The notes beneath the pieces were generated by a model. It saw only the letters and a program-made list of their open reading frames with translations. It did no database searches and had not been told where the DNA came from. Source: Paenacidovorax caeni (GTDB lineage Bacteria > Cyanobacteriota > Cyanobacteriia > PCC-6307 > Cyanobiaceae). From it: 64,000 nucleotides of DNA. A program made the position numbers and the translations under genes. Where the stretch lies: the NCBI GenBank assembly GCA_943371385.1, contig CALRUP020000005.1, positions 1,365-65,364 on the forward strand, read 5' to 3'. Position 1 is the first letter of the stretch, and each line of letters starts with the position of its first letter. Of the stretch, positions 28,363 to 36,856 are shown in pieces.

Positions 28363-31271
28363 TGAAACAGTCAATGAACAGCGGATCGATCAGCCTGCGC
28401 CTGCTGCTGTGGCGTGCCTCCCACGCCGGGATGGCGGCCCTCGCCCTGGCCAGCGGGATTCCCTTGAGTCCTGCCCAGGCGTTGCCGACCGGGAACCAGC
28501 AGGTGGGCAGCGGCACCCACACGGCTACCCCTTCGGGCAACACCCTCACCGTCACCACGCCGGGCCGGGCGGTGATCAGCTGGGGCAGCTTCAACATCGG
28601 ACGGGGCGAAGCGGTCAACTTCCAGAACGGTGGCGCCGTTCTCAACTACGTACGCAGCGGTGGCGGGGCCTCTCGCCTCGATGGCGCCCTCAATGCCATC
28701 AATCCCCTGGTGTTGATCAACAACCAGGGCATCACGGTGGGCTCGACGGCCGTGATCTCCGTGCCCAGCATCCTGCTCACCAGTGGCACGCTCACCTCCG
28801 ACGGGGTGGAGAAGTTCCTCACTGGTGCGGCCTATGGCAACGGCCTGAATGCGCCGTTGATCAGCATCGTCATGGCCGATGGCGATGGGCCGGTTCAGGT
28901 GGACGGCAGCATCCGCTCCACCAATGGGGGCGGCATCGGCCTTGTGGCCCCATCCGTCACCATCGGCCCATCGGCCACCATCGTCACCCGCGGCTTCCGC
29001 ACCCCATCCACCGGCACCGATGGGGTCAACACCACCGTGAACGGTGTCGTAGCCGAAGGTTCACTCTGGATCGGCACCACCGGATTGCCAGCCAGCCCCT
29101 TCACGGCGCCTCCGGGGTTGCCCACCGGCTTCGGCTTCGTCCAGATCAGCGGCCAACCCTCGCCCCAGAGCGCGTCGCTGGCGTTGCAAGCCACCTACGA
29201 CCTCGAGCGTTTCGTGGTCAACACCAAGGGAGCCACGGTCGGGCAGTTCGATGGGCTGTTCTTCTCCCCCAGCTTCAGAGCTGCAGATTTCTACGTCTAT
29301 GACGGCATCGCCGCGATCGAAGAGGGCCACCGCGAAAGCACCAATGGAGGTTCCCTCAGGCGTCGCCTCACCCATACCGACGCCCAGGGCAACCTCGTCG
29401 CCGAGGAGAGGGACGAAGCCAGCATCCTTGGCCTGACGTTGCCGCCAGGGGCTGTATTACTGAACGCCGACGGTGTCCGCGTCGATCCAGCCTCCGGGCA
29501 GATCCTGACCGCAACGCTCACGGTTCAGCCGGGCCCCGATGCGGTGGCCAATCAAGATTTTATTAACCAGTTCGGCAGCGGGGCCCTGAAGGTCACGATC
29601 GACGGTGGCGCCTCGTCGGTGGTGGGCAGCAACGGGGCGAAGGCGGCTTATAACCCGCAGACGGGATTGATCACCTGGACCAAGACAATTCCGGGAACGC
29701 CCACGACCCAGATGGTGGCGATTCCTGGCGGATCGTTCACGATCAATCAGGGGCAGACGAATCCTGGTTTCACCAGGCCACCGGAAGCTGGAATTAGCCA
29801 GCAATATGTCAGCAAGGAGGGTTACTACTATCACGGCAATAACGGTCAGTACGCAGGAACCAGCCCTTGCCCTGGCTGCCGCTATGTGAATCCCGTCACC
29901 GGTCAGGTGACCTACTGGCGGGGGCACTTCACCACCGACAGCAACGGCCGCCCGCAGTTCAGCACCGCTGGCAATGTGCCTCCCACCCATGTGCTCTACG
30001 TGGTCGGTGGCCGGACCTACGTGACCGATGCGGCCAATTTCAATCCCCAGACCACACCGAAGAATCCACCCACCCAGGTGGTGACGCCGCCGATCTACCA
30101 GCAGGTCACCACGCCGGGCACTCCCACCGTGGTGCAGCTCCAGCAGGCGCTTCCCCTGACGGGTCAGGCCACGGTGCCCCAGGGTTCCGCCACCTCCAAC
30201 TGGCAGCGGCCGACGCCGCCACCCTTGGTGATCCAGGCTCCCGTGCCGCAGCCCACGACAGCACCCACTCCAGGCCAGGTGCCAACCATGGCGCCCGCTC
30301 TAGTGCCGCAGCCCACCACAGCTCCCACCCTTCAGCCACCTACGGCCGCGGTTCCCACCATGGCGCCGATCAAGGTGCCGCAGCCCACCACAGCTCCCAC
30401 CCTTCAGCCGCCTACGGCCGCGGTTCCCACCATGGCGCCGATCAAGGTGCCGCAGCCCACCACCGCACCCAAGCCCGGTCAGGTTCCGACGATGGCGCCT
30501 GGACTAGTACCACAACCCACCACGGCTCCCAAGCCGCTGCTAACTCCGACGATGGCTCCGGGGCTGTTGCCGCAACCGACGGCAGCGCCGAAGCCAACTC
30601 AGGGCCCGTCAGTAACACCGACCTTGGCGCCGACCTTTACGCCAACTCAGGGCCCGACGTCGGCACCGCAACCCACGCCGTCACCAACCCAGGCCCCCGT
30701 GCGGCAGCCGCTGCTGACGCCCACACTGGCACCACAGAAGGTGCCGCAACCGACGGCTGCGCCGAAGCCAACTCAGGGCCCGTCAGTGACACCGACCTTG
30801 GCCCCGACCTTGACGCCAACTCAGGGCCCGACGTCGGCACCGCAACCCACGCCGTCACCAACCCAGGCCCCCCTACGGCAGCCGCTGCTGACGCCCACAC
30901 TGGCACCGCAGAAGGTGCCGCAACCGACGGCTGCGCCGAAGCCGGTTCCTGGTCCCGTCCTCAGGCCGCTTCCCGTGGAGGAGCGGGTGCCCACCTCTGG
31001 AATGCGGCCTGTTCCACGCACCGATTCCTTCAGTTACCAGATCCCAAGGGGGCTCATCGAACAACGCATCCCTGGTGCCATCCCAGAGCAGAGCCGCGCA
31101 CGCCTCTTCGACGGACGTGCCCTGCCACCTGGAGTCGAATTCGATCCCTTCAGCCAGACCTTCGAGATCAAGAGCTACGGGAAAATCTCTCTACCGCTCG
31201 ACGTGCTCCTGCTCGTTCCGACCCGCAGTGGCACCACCGGCTCGTTCACCCTGACGATCGGCAAACCCTGA
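28362..31271 (+). CDS. TpsA exoprotein: FHA-type secretion domain, Pro/Thr mucin-like domain and C-terminal cadherin/He_PIG-like domain
   Basis: AQA-LPTG cleavage site, AVISWGSFNIG, V.FQN, S.LDG.L and LINNQGI (NPNG-like). ATG overlaps the tpsB TGA. Confidence 0.85.
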   Translation: MKQSMNSGSISLRLLLWRASHAGMAALALASGIPLSPAQALPTGNQQVGSGTHTATPSGNTLTVTTPGRAVISWGSFNIGRGEAVNFQNGGAVLNYVRSGGGASRLDGALNAINPLVLINNQGITVGSTAVISVPSILLTSGTLTSDGVEKFLTGAAYGNGLNAPLISIVMADGDGPVQVDGSIRSTNGGGIGLVAPSVTIGPSATIVTRGFRTPSTGTDGVNTTVNGVVAEGSLWIGTTGLPASPFTAPPGLPTGFGFVQISGQPSPQSASLALQATYDLERFVVNTKGATVGQFDGLFFSPSFRAADFYVYDGIAAIEEGHRESTNGGSLRRRLTHTDAQGNLVAEERDEASILGLTLPPGAVLLNADGVRVDPASGQILTATLTVQPGPDAVANQDFINQFGSGALKVTIDGGASSVVGSNGAKAAYNPQTGLITWTKTIPGTPTTQMVAIPGGSFTINQGQTNPGFTRPPEAGISQQYVSKEGYYYHGNNGQYAGTSPCPGCRYVNPVTGQVTYWRGHFTTDSNGRPQFSTAGNVPPTHVLYVVGGRTYVTDAANFNPQTTPKNPPTQVVTPPIYQQVTTPGTPTVVQLQQALPLTGQATVPQGSATSNWQRPTPPPLVIQAPVPQPTTAPTPGQVPTMAPALVPQPTTAPTLQPPTAAVPTMAPIKVPQPTTAPTLQPPTAAVPTMAPIKVPQPTTAPKPGQVPTMAPGLVPQPTTAPKPLLTPTMAPGLLPQPTAAPKPTQGPSVTPTLAPTFTPTQGPTSAPQPTPSPTQAPVRQPLLTPTLAPQKVPQPTAAPKPTQGPSVTPTLAPTLTPTQGPTSAPQPTPSPTQAPLRQPLLTPTLAPQKVPQPTAAPKPVPGPVLRPLPVEERVPTSGMRPVPRTDSFSYQIPRGLIEQRIPGAIPEQSRARLFDGRALPPGVEFDPFSQTFEIKSYGKISLPLDVLLLVPTRSGTTGSFTLTIGKP
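30303..30446 (+). repeat. 72-bp tandem repeat x2 (VPQPTTAPTLQPPTAAVPTMAPIK)
   Basis: Units start at 30303 and 30375; a partial third unit starts at 30447. Confidence 0.92.
30570..30944 (+). repeat. 174-bp tandem repeat x2 plus partial (58 aa, PQPTAAPKPTQGP...)
   Basis: Units start at 30570, 30744 and 30918. Confidence 0.92.
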
Positions 31272-31283
31272 ATGGGCTGAGCC

Positions 31284-32900
31284 ATGCCGAGCCTTGCACC
31301 AGGACTCAGCCTGATCATCGGCAGCCGCAACGAGGGTGCCTATCTACGGCGCACTGTTGAGGGAGCCTTTGCGCTCACCCCACCCGAGGGCGGTCTTGAA
31401 TGTTCGCTCTACGACGACGCCTCAAGCGATGGCAGCGCGGCGTTCTGCTACGAACCACCCTGGCGCCAACTCCGCGACCAGGGGGCCCTTCGCTTGCAAC
31501 GCGGTGCTGTCCGTGTCGGGGTCTCCCGGGGCCGACGCCAGGGTGCGGCCGGTTGCCGCGCAGAGGTGCTGGTGTTCCTTGATGCCCATCTGGAGTTTCC
31601 CCAGAGCGATCTCTGGTTGAAGGTTCAGGAGAAGTTCCGTGACCCGGCCTGCGATCTTCTGGGGATCGACTGCTTCGACAGTCGCAATGGTGCCACCACA
31701 GCTGGAACGATCTACAGCAGCAAGCGGCTGGATCACCTCAATCCGGCCTGGGTGCAGCAGCAAGCTGAGCCACTGGTGGGGATAGAGGTGCCCTTCGTGA
31801 ATGGCGGCTTCTTTGCCATTCGCCGTCGGGTCTACGAACGACTGGAGGGTTTTCCGGATTTCCTGGAGGACTGGGGCCATGAGGACCGCTTCCTCTCCAT
31901 GCTTGCCGGCATCTGTGGGTACCACTGCCGGATCGATCAACGGCTACGGGTCGGCCATCTCTACAAGGAGGTGTTCGATGAACGGGAGGGCCTTGCCTTG
32001 CCCGAAGCCTTCTCGGACCCGCTGCCTTCTGATGGCGTTGCCCTACCGGAGGTCGTCTACCGCCATGCCGATGCGGCAGCGGCGGGCGTGTCGACCCTGT
32101 TGATGAACAGCCTGCGGTGTGGCGCTGTGCTGTACAGCGCCGAGATCGCTGAGCGCATGAACGAGCAGCTGCGCTTCGATTTCGGCTCTGAGATGGTCGA
32201 AAGGGCCCTTGTGCTGCTTGAGCAGGAACGTCCCCAGCTGGAGGCCCTGATGCTTCGTCTTGGGCTCACCCCCGAACGGCGTGACCAGCAGATGGGGGAT
32301 TTCTTTCAGCGTTTCAGGCCCGTTCTGCCGATGCTGGAGGAGGCGGATCTGCAGGCCACGGCCACGATGGCGGATATTTCTCAGGCACTCGATCGATTGC
32401 GGCAGTTGCCCCTAACGCTGCCTTCCCTCGATCAGCCGGACGCTGACCATTACCGAACGGCCCGCCTCTACCGAGAAGCCCTCTATGGCTACCAGCTCCA
32501 GCGGCATGAGGAGGCCAGCCGTCTGCTGGCCGAGTTGCTGACGATAGATCCGGACTACCTGCCGGCCATCTGCCTGCTGTGTGTGAACCTGCGGGCCCTG
32601 GGGCGTCTGGCGGGCGAGCGATTCTGGCTGCAGCGGGGTGCCGAGATCATCGAGCGCCACCGCCCCCAGGTGGGTCCAGGCCCGGTCGGGGCGTTCCACC
32701 CCGCCAGCCTCAACCCCTACCTTCGCCATCTCTATTGGCCTGAGGCGGATCGGATGATCTGGGCAGCCCTGGCGGATCTAGAGGAGCGGGCTGGCCACAC
32801 ATCTGCGGCCGTGGGATGGCTGCTCAAGCTGCTCGATCAGTCGCCCGACGACCCTTCTGTGCGGGAGCAGTTGCTGCGGTTGGTGCAACCTCAGCCGTGA
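31284..32900 (+). CDS. Cytoplasmic GT-A glycosyltransferase with ppGalNAc-T-like motifs and C-terminal TPR-like helices
   Basis: SLII..RNE, FLDAHLE (DxH), PFVNGGFFAI.R, WGHED..LS...CG and RVGHLYK. No signal peptide or TM. 12 bp after tpsA. Confidence 0.8.
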   Translation: MPSLAPGLSLIIGSRNEGAYLRRTVEGAFALTPPEGGLECSLYDDASSDGSAAFCYEPPWRQLRDQGALRLQRGAVRVGVSRGRRQGAAGCRAEVLVFLDAHLEFPQSDLWLKVQEKFRDPACDLLGIDCFDSRNGATTAGTIYSSKRLDHLNPAWVQQQAEPLVGIEVPFVNGGFFAIRRRVYERLEGFPDFLEDWGHEDRFLSMLAGICGYHCRIDQRLRVGHLYKEVFDEREGLALPEAFSDPLPSDGVALPEVVYRHADAAAAGVSTLLMNSLRCGAVLYSAEIAERMNEQLRFDFGSEMVERALVLLEQERPQLEALMLRLGLTPERRDQQMGDFFQRFRPVLPMLEEADLQATATMADISQALDRLRQLPLTLPSLDQPDADHYRTARLYREALYGYQLQRHEEASRLLAELLTIDPDYLPAICLLCVNLRALGRLAGERFWLQRGAEIIERHRPQVGPGPVGAFHPASLNPYLRHLYWPEADRMIWAALADLEERAGHTSAAVGWLLKLLDQSPDDPSVREQLLRLVQPQP

Positions 32901-32915
32901 CGGTGCTGCCAGCGC

Positions 32916-32933
32916 CCATGCCTTCGGGCATGG
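32916..32933 (+). terminator. Stable hairpin closing the TPS operon
   Basis: CCATGCC-TTCG-GGCATGG (C(UUCG)G tetraloop) 15 bp after the GT stop. No U-tract. Confidence 0.45.
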
Positions 32934-33046
32934 AGCAAGTGGTTCAGTGTTCGCTGTCGTCTGACAGCCATCTAACGAGGCCGCGCAAACCTGCTTCGGG
33001 GTTACCTGCCGCCGAATCAAGGTTGACTCCCCCCCTCATCACCCGT

Positions 33047-33343
33047 ATGAAAGCAAGCCTCAGCTTCGCCCTGATCACCGCTTAAAGCATGGTGGTGGCC
33101 ACCTCTCAAAGCCGGGCAGCTGAAGTTTCCAGCAATGCCACATCGGCCTGCATGGTGGCGGTGAACAAGCAGTACGGCGGCAATGTGCGCCACCTCAAGG
33201 TGGTGCGCAGCGAGTTCTCCCAGGCCAACTCCGAAGTGATCGTCAAGGCGATCGGTGTGCGTGGCGGCTCAAGCAATGAAAAATGGCGCTGCCTGGTCTC
33301 GAACAGCGGCAAGGTGCAGGACCTGAGCGTGGCCTGGAACTGA
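33047..33343 (+). pseudogene. Small secreted two-Cys protein with a premature stop in the signal peptide
   Basis: MKASLSFALITA*SMVVATSQSRA-AEVSS... is a single frame, with TAA at 33083-33085. Confidence 0.6.
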
Positions 33344-33549
33344 ACCCAACCGGCGGGCCCTTCACGATCAGGGCCCGTCGGTCGCATCTGGATGAGGGTG
33401 ATACCGCTGGGAGCCCTAAGCCAGCGCCATCACCGTGCTGGTGTGCGGGACCATTCCTCCTTCCCAGAGGTCCAGCGGGAGGATCTGGTGGAGGACCAAC
33501 GGCGCTGGGTGGAGAGCGAGGAAAGTGAAGCCGTTATGCCTGAGCCAGC

Positions 33550-33843
33550 ATGGAACTGCTCTTCTGGTTGTTCGTCGGGAAGCCGCCAGCCATCCTGATG
33601 GTGGCCGTCGTTTTTCTGACGGGCTTTCTGGCCTTGCGGTTTCTGTGGCCCGGCCAGGCTCGGCATCCTGGGGCGTTGCTGATCGGGGCCATCGCCTGGG
33701 GGAGCTATGCCGGCTGGGAATGGCTGGTGCAGTTCAGGACCCCGGAGGCGAACATCCGCGTTGATCTCCTGGTGATCTGGCCCGTGTTGGCGATCCCGTC
33801 GACCTGGCAATCCTGCGTACGTTTCGATAGACCCCGTGGCTGA
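33550..33843 (+). CDS. Small membrane protein, TPEANIRVD family copy A (possibly frameshifted near the 3' end)
   Basis: Shares W..AGWE.L...TPEANIRVD.L.I.P with 34462-34731. Confidence 0.6.
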   Translation: MELLFWLFVGKPPAILMVAVVFLTGFLALRFLWPGQARHPGALLIGAIAWGSYAGWEWLVQFRTPEANIRVDLLVIWPVLAIPSTWQSCVRFDRPRG

Positions 33844-33893
33844 TGGCTGCAGGCGGAGGGAACAGCTGCGGGTCAGACCTGGTCGCTAATCCC

Positions 33894-33959
33894 CTAGAGC
33901 GCGTTGCTCACGGCATCGCCATCCTTGGTGGAGGCCCTGATCTTGTCATCCAGGCTCGT
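33894..33959 (-). pseudogene. Internally deleted csbD remnant
   Basis: ACG-SLDDKIRASTKD-GDAVSNAL*: the two ends of the csbD at 35363-35587 fused, with ACG where the intact copy has ATG. Confidence 0.65.
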
Positions 33960-34021
33960 GGTGGCGTGACAGGAGGCTGACTGGACCCTACCCGAAACGA
34001 GGTGATTGACCCACCAACGAT

Positions 34022-34267
34022 TCAGGCCCGTTTGAGCACCCTGAGCACCACCAGCAGGATCACGGCACCGAGGGTCGCCACCACGATGCTGCCCAGCAGG
34101 CCGCCTCCCACTGCTCCACCGAGACCGCCGAAGAGAAGCCCACCGAGCAGGGCGCCGATGATGCCCACCACCAGATCGCCGACGAGCCCGAAGCCTCCCC
34201 CTTTGACGAGAACCCCGGCGAGCCAGCCTGCAATCACACCCACGAGCAGAAACCAGAGAACGTTCAT
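34022..34267 (-). CDS. GlsB/YeaQ/YmgE (transglycosylase-associated) membrane protein
   Basis: GVIAGWLAG...G.G...D.VVGIIGA.LGG...ATLGAVILL. Confidence 0.88.
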   Translation of the reverse strand: MNVLWFLLVGVIAGWLAGVLVKGGGFGLVGDLVVGIIGALLGGLLFGGLGGAVGGGLLGSIVVATLGAVILLVVLRVLKRA

Positions 34268-34461
34268 GACGGGGGAACTGGTGTGAAGGGAGGTCGATCA
34301 GAGGTTACGTAAAGCAGCAGGGCAGGTTGTCCAGCGACAACGAGCATTCGAAATGCAGCCGCCTGAAGGCGCGTTCATTCGTTCACTTCCGTTCAGCGGC
34401 ACCCGAGGAGCGCGTGGACGCGCGGAAGTAGAACATCGTCACATGCAAGACGGACGCGCTG

Positions 34462-34731
34462 ATGGCTCCTCTGGCGCTGCTGATCGGTCGTCCGCTGCTC
34501 ATCCTGATGGTGGGTCTGCTGTGGGGCCTGACGGCGCTGGCGCTTCCCCGCAGCCGCCAAGCCCTCGTGGCCAACACAGTGGCCTGGCTGGTCTTCGCTG
34601 GATGGGAAGGGCTGATCCTGGCGTTCACGCCGGAAGCCAACATCCGCGTGGACATCCTGCTGATCGCACCGCTGCTCAGCGGGCTGGGGCTGTGGGGCCT
34701 CGTTTCCATCCTGCTGCGCCTTAAGCGATGA
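34462..34731 (+). CDS. Small membrane protein, TPEANIRVD family copy B
   Basis: Three hydrophobic segments; paralogue of 33550-33843. Confidence 0.65.
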   Translation: MAPLALLIGRPLLILMVGLLWGLTALALPRSRQALVANTVAWLVFAGWEGLILAFTPEANIRVDILLIAPLLSGLGLWGLVSILLRLKR

Positions 34732-34810
34732 AGTGGCTTGTGTTCATCCCCCCTGCTCAGCGGGAAGGCCGCCGGCCAAGGTCACTCCAGCCACAGAACA
34801 TCGTCACTCC

Positions 34811-35242
34811 ATGGCTTCGATCCGAAAAGCCCTCGTCCTTTCAGGATGCTTATTGATCCTGGTCAGCGGCTTCGGCGTAGGGCCAGCCTTGGCGCAGCGC
34901 TCCTCAACGGTGCAGTTCAAGCCCGGCAACTACGGCACCATGGTGAGTGGCACAATCACCGGTCGTGAATACATCGACTACAAGCTCAGCGCCAAGAAAG
35001 GGCAGAAGATGTTTGCTGAGCTTGCCGTGAGCGGCACCAATGGCAATGGATCGGCTTTCTTCAACATCCTGCCTCCCGGCAGCAAGGGCGAGGCGATCTA
35101 CGTCGGCCAAACCGACAACGACAAATCCGCACTCGTGAAACTGCCCGCCAACGGCGTCTACACCATCCGGGTGTATCTGATGGGAAATGACAAGGACGCC
35201 GGCAAGACCGTGGGCTTCAACCTCGATCTCTCGATCCAGTGA
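34811..35242 (+). CDS. Secreted PliG/PPC-like protein 1
   Basis: Signal peptide; VQFKPG...SGTITG..Y..Y...AKKGQK...LPANGVY.IRV resembles recalled E. coli PliG. Confidence 0.6.
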   Translation: MASIRKALVLSGCLLILVSGFGVGPALAQRSSTVQFKPGNYGTMVSGTITGREYIDYKLSAKKGQKMFAELAVSGTNGNGSAFFNILPPGSKGEAIYVGQTDNDKSALVKLPANGVYTIRVYLMGNDKDAGKTVGFNLDLSIQ

Positions 35243-35362
35243 CAGCGGCCGCCCCTGCTCCCATGCGCTGAAGAGAGCCTGAATCAAGGGCCATGGCTAC
35301 GGTTCACTCAGAATGGACGGGGCGAGATCCCTGCCCGTTTTCCATCCCTTTGCTGGACGATC

Positions 35363-35587
35363 ATGAGCCTCGAGGACAAGATCAGGGCCTCGGCCAAAGA
35401 TGTCGAAGGCAAGCTCCAGGCCGCTGCCGGTGAGCTCACCGATGACGATCGCCTCAAAGCGGAGGGAGAAGCCAAGCAGCTGCAGGCGGACCTGATCGAT
35501 GCCGCCGGCACGCTCAAGGACAAAGCCCAGCAGGCCGCCAGCGCGGTGAGTGATGCCCTCGACAGCCTCACCGGCAAGCAATCCTGA
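35363..35587 (+). CDS. CsbD-family stress protein
   Basis: K.EGKLQ.AAGELTDDD.L.AEG.AKQ. Confidence 0.85.
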   Translation: MSLEDKIRASAKDVEGKLQAAAGELTDDDRLKAEGEAKQLQADLIDAAGTLKDKAQQAASAVSDALDSLTGKQS

Positions 35588-35792
35588 CCAGCAGGTTCGG
35601 CGACCGGGCTGTGGTCCCGCTGGATCAAGCCCCAAAGACTGAACGACCTGCAGCCTTGCCTGCATCGTTTCGATCCTGCCGGATGGATCTGATCCCTTGG
35701 GGAGCTGGCTGATTCATTAGCCGGTACTGAAGGAAGGCTGCCGATCCCCGTATCGGCGGCCAGGGCGGCCAACGGCCTGAGCGTTCAGGCGA

Positions 35793-36533
35793 TCACTTGC
35801 ACTTGCTTGGTTCGGTGAAGGTGATCGACTGGTAGCGCCCATCGGTGGTACGCACCGCCACGCAGCTGTTGGTGCGCGGCTGCTTCCAGTAGGTGAAGGC
35901 ACTGTCACCGATCTGGTCGCCACCCCGGTAGGTGTACCCCTTGCTGGTCAACTCGCCCTCGGCACCGGCGGCCTTCGCCCCCACCAGCGACTGCAGGGAG
36001 CTCACCGGGGCCCCCACGCGGGCGGTTTCGCTGCTGCCGCCCTTGTTCGATCCGGCGATCAGGCCGCCGAGCAGCGCTCCCACCGCCGCCCCGAGCAGGG
36101 AACCGGTGGTGGCCTTCTGGGGCTGGTCCTCGAACTGAATGTCAGGGTTCTGGACGTTGTCGAGTTTCACGGAAAGGCGCCTCTCTTCCCCGTCGTTCCA
36201 GAGGAAAAGATCGTGGTCGGGCTTGGCGTTGTGGCGCACGTTCACGATCCCGCGATAGGTCTGCAGTTGCAGGGCCTGAGGACTGGGGCCAGAGAAGTTG
36301 AAGTCGGTGCCGTCATCGAGCTTCACCACAAAGGCATCGGTGCCGCCAGCCGCCTTGTGCTTGAAGGTGCAATGGCCGTTGAAGGACACATACCCCCCAC
36401 TCTCCAGCTTGCAGCGGCCCCCGGCTCGCACCAGCGTCTCGGCGGATGCGAGCTGTTGGAACGGAGCGGCCGCCGTGAGCAGCAGGAGGCCAGGTCCGAG
36501 CAGGGCACCGGCGCGTTGGAGGCAGTTCTTCAT
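35793..36533 (-). CDS. Secreted two-domain protein with a glycine-zipper segment
   Basis: Signal peptide, Cys pair in the N-domain, GSLLGAAVGALLGG zipper, and C-domain L.SLVGA.A.GAE.EL..KGY...YW....C. Confidence 0.65.
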   Translation of the reverse strand: MKNCLQRAGALLGPGLLLLTAAAPFQQLASAETLVRAGGRCKLESGGYVSFNGHCTFKHKAAGGTDAFVVKLDDGTDFNFSGPSPQALQLQTYRGIVNVRHNAKPDHDLFLWNDGEERRLSVKLDNVQNPDIQFEDQPQKATTGSLLGAAVGALLGGLIAGSNKGGSSETARVGAPVSSLQSLVGAKAAGAEGELTSKGYTYRGGDQIGDSAFTYWKQPRTNSCVAVRTTDGRYQSITFTEPSKCK

Positions 36534-36856
36534 CGGGAGGTAGGAAGAAGGATGTCCCAGTGCGATTCGACTGGAAGGCCCTGAGGGTATCGGCTGCCTG
36601 CCCCCTCTATCGAGCCTTGTGGCTGAACGCTGAAGTCCCTGACCACGATCGGCACCCGGCTGGTGGGGACGTCGGAGACCAACGCATGACCTTGCTGGAT
36701 GCGGGCAATGAAAGGTAGCCGTAGGCATAGGGCGGGTCCTCCCCGTTGCGCGGCACCAGCAGCCAGGGCGGCGGTTCCCAATACCGACGGCTTTCTCCGC
36801 ATCGTGCTGCGGACGGGGCCCTCCTTGGACGCACAATGAAGGTTTCCCCCCCACCC

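Noticed and set aside
30240-30944. Repeats as a CRISPR array or mobile element
   Set aside because: They are in-frame coding tandem repeats with no unique spacers and no cas genes.
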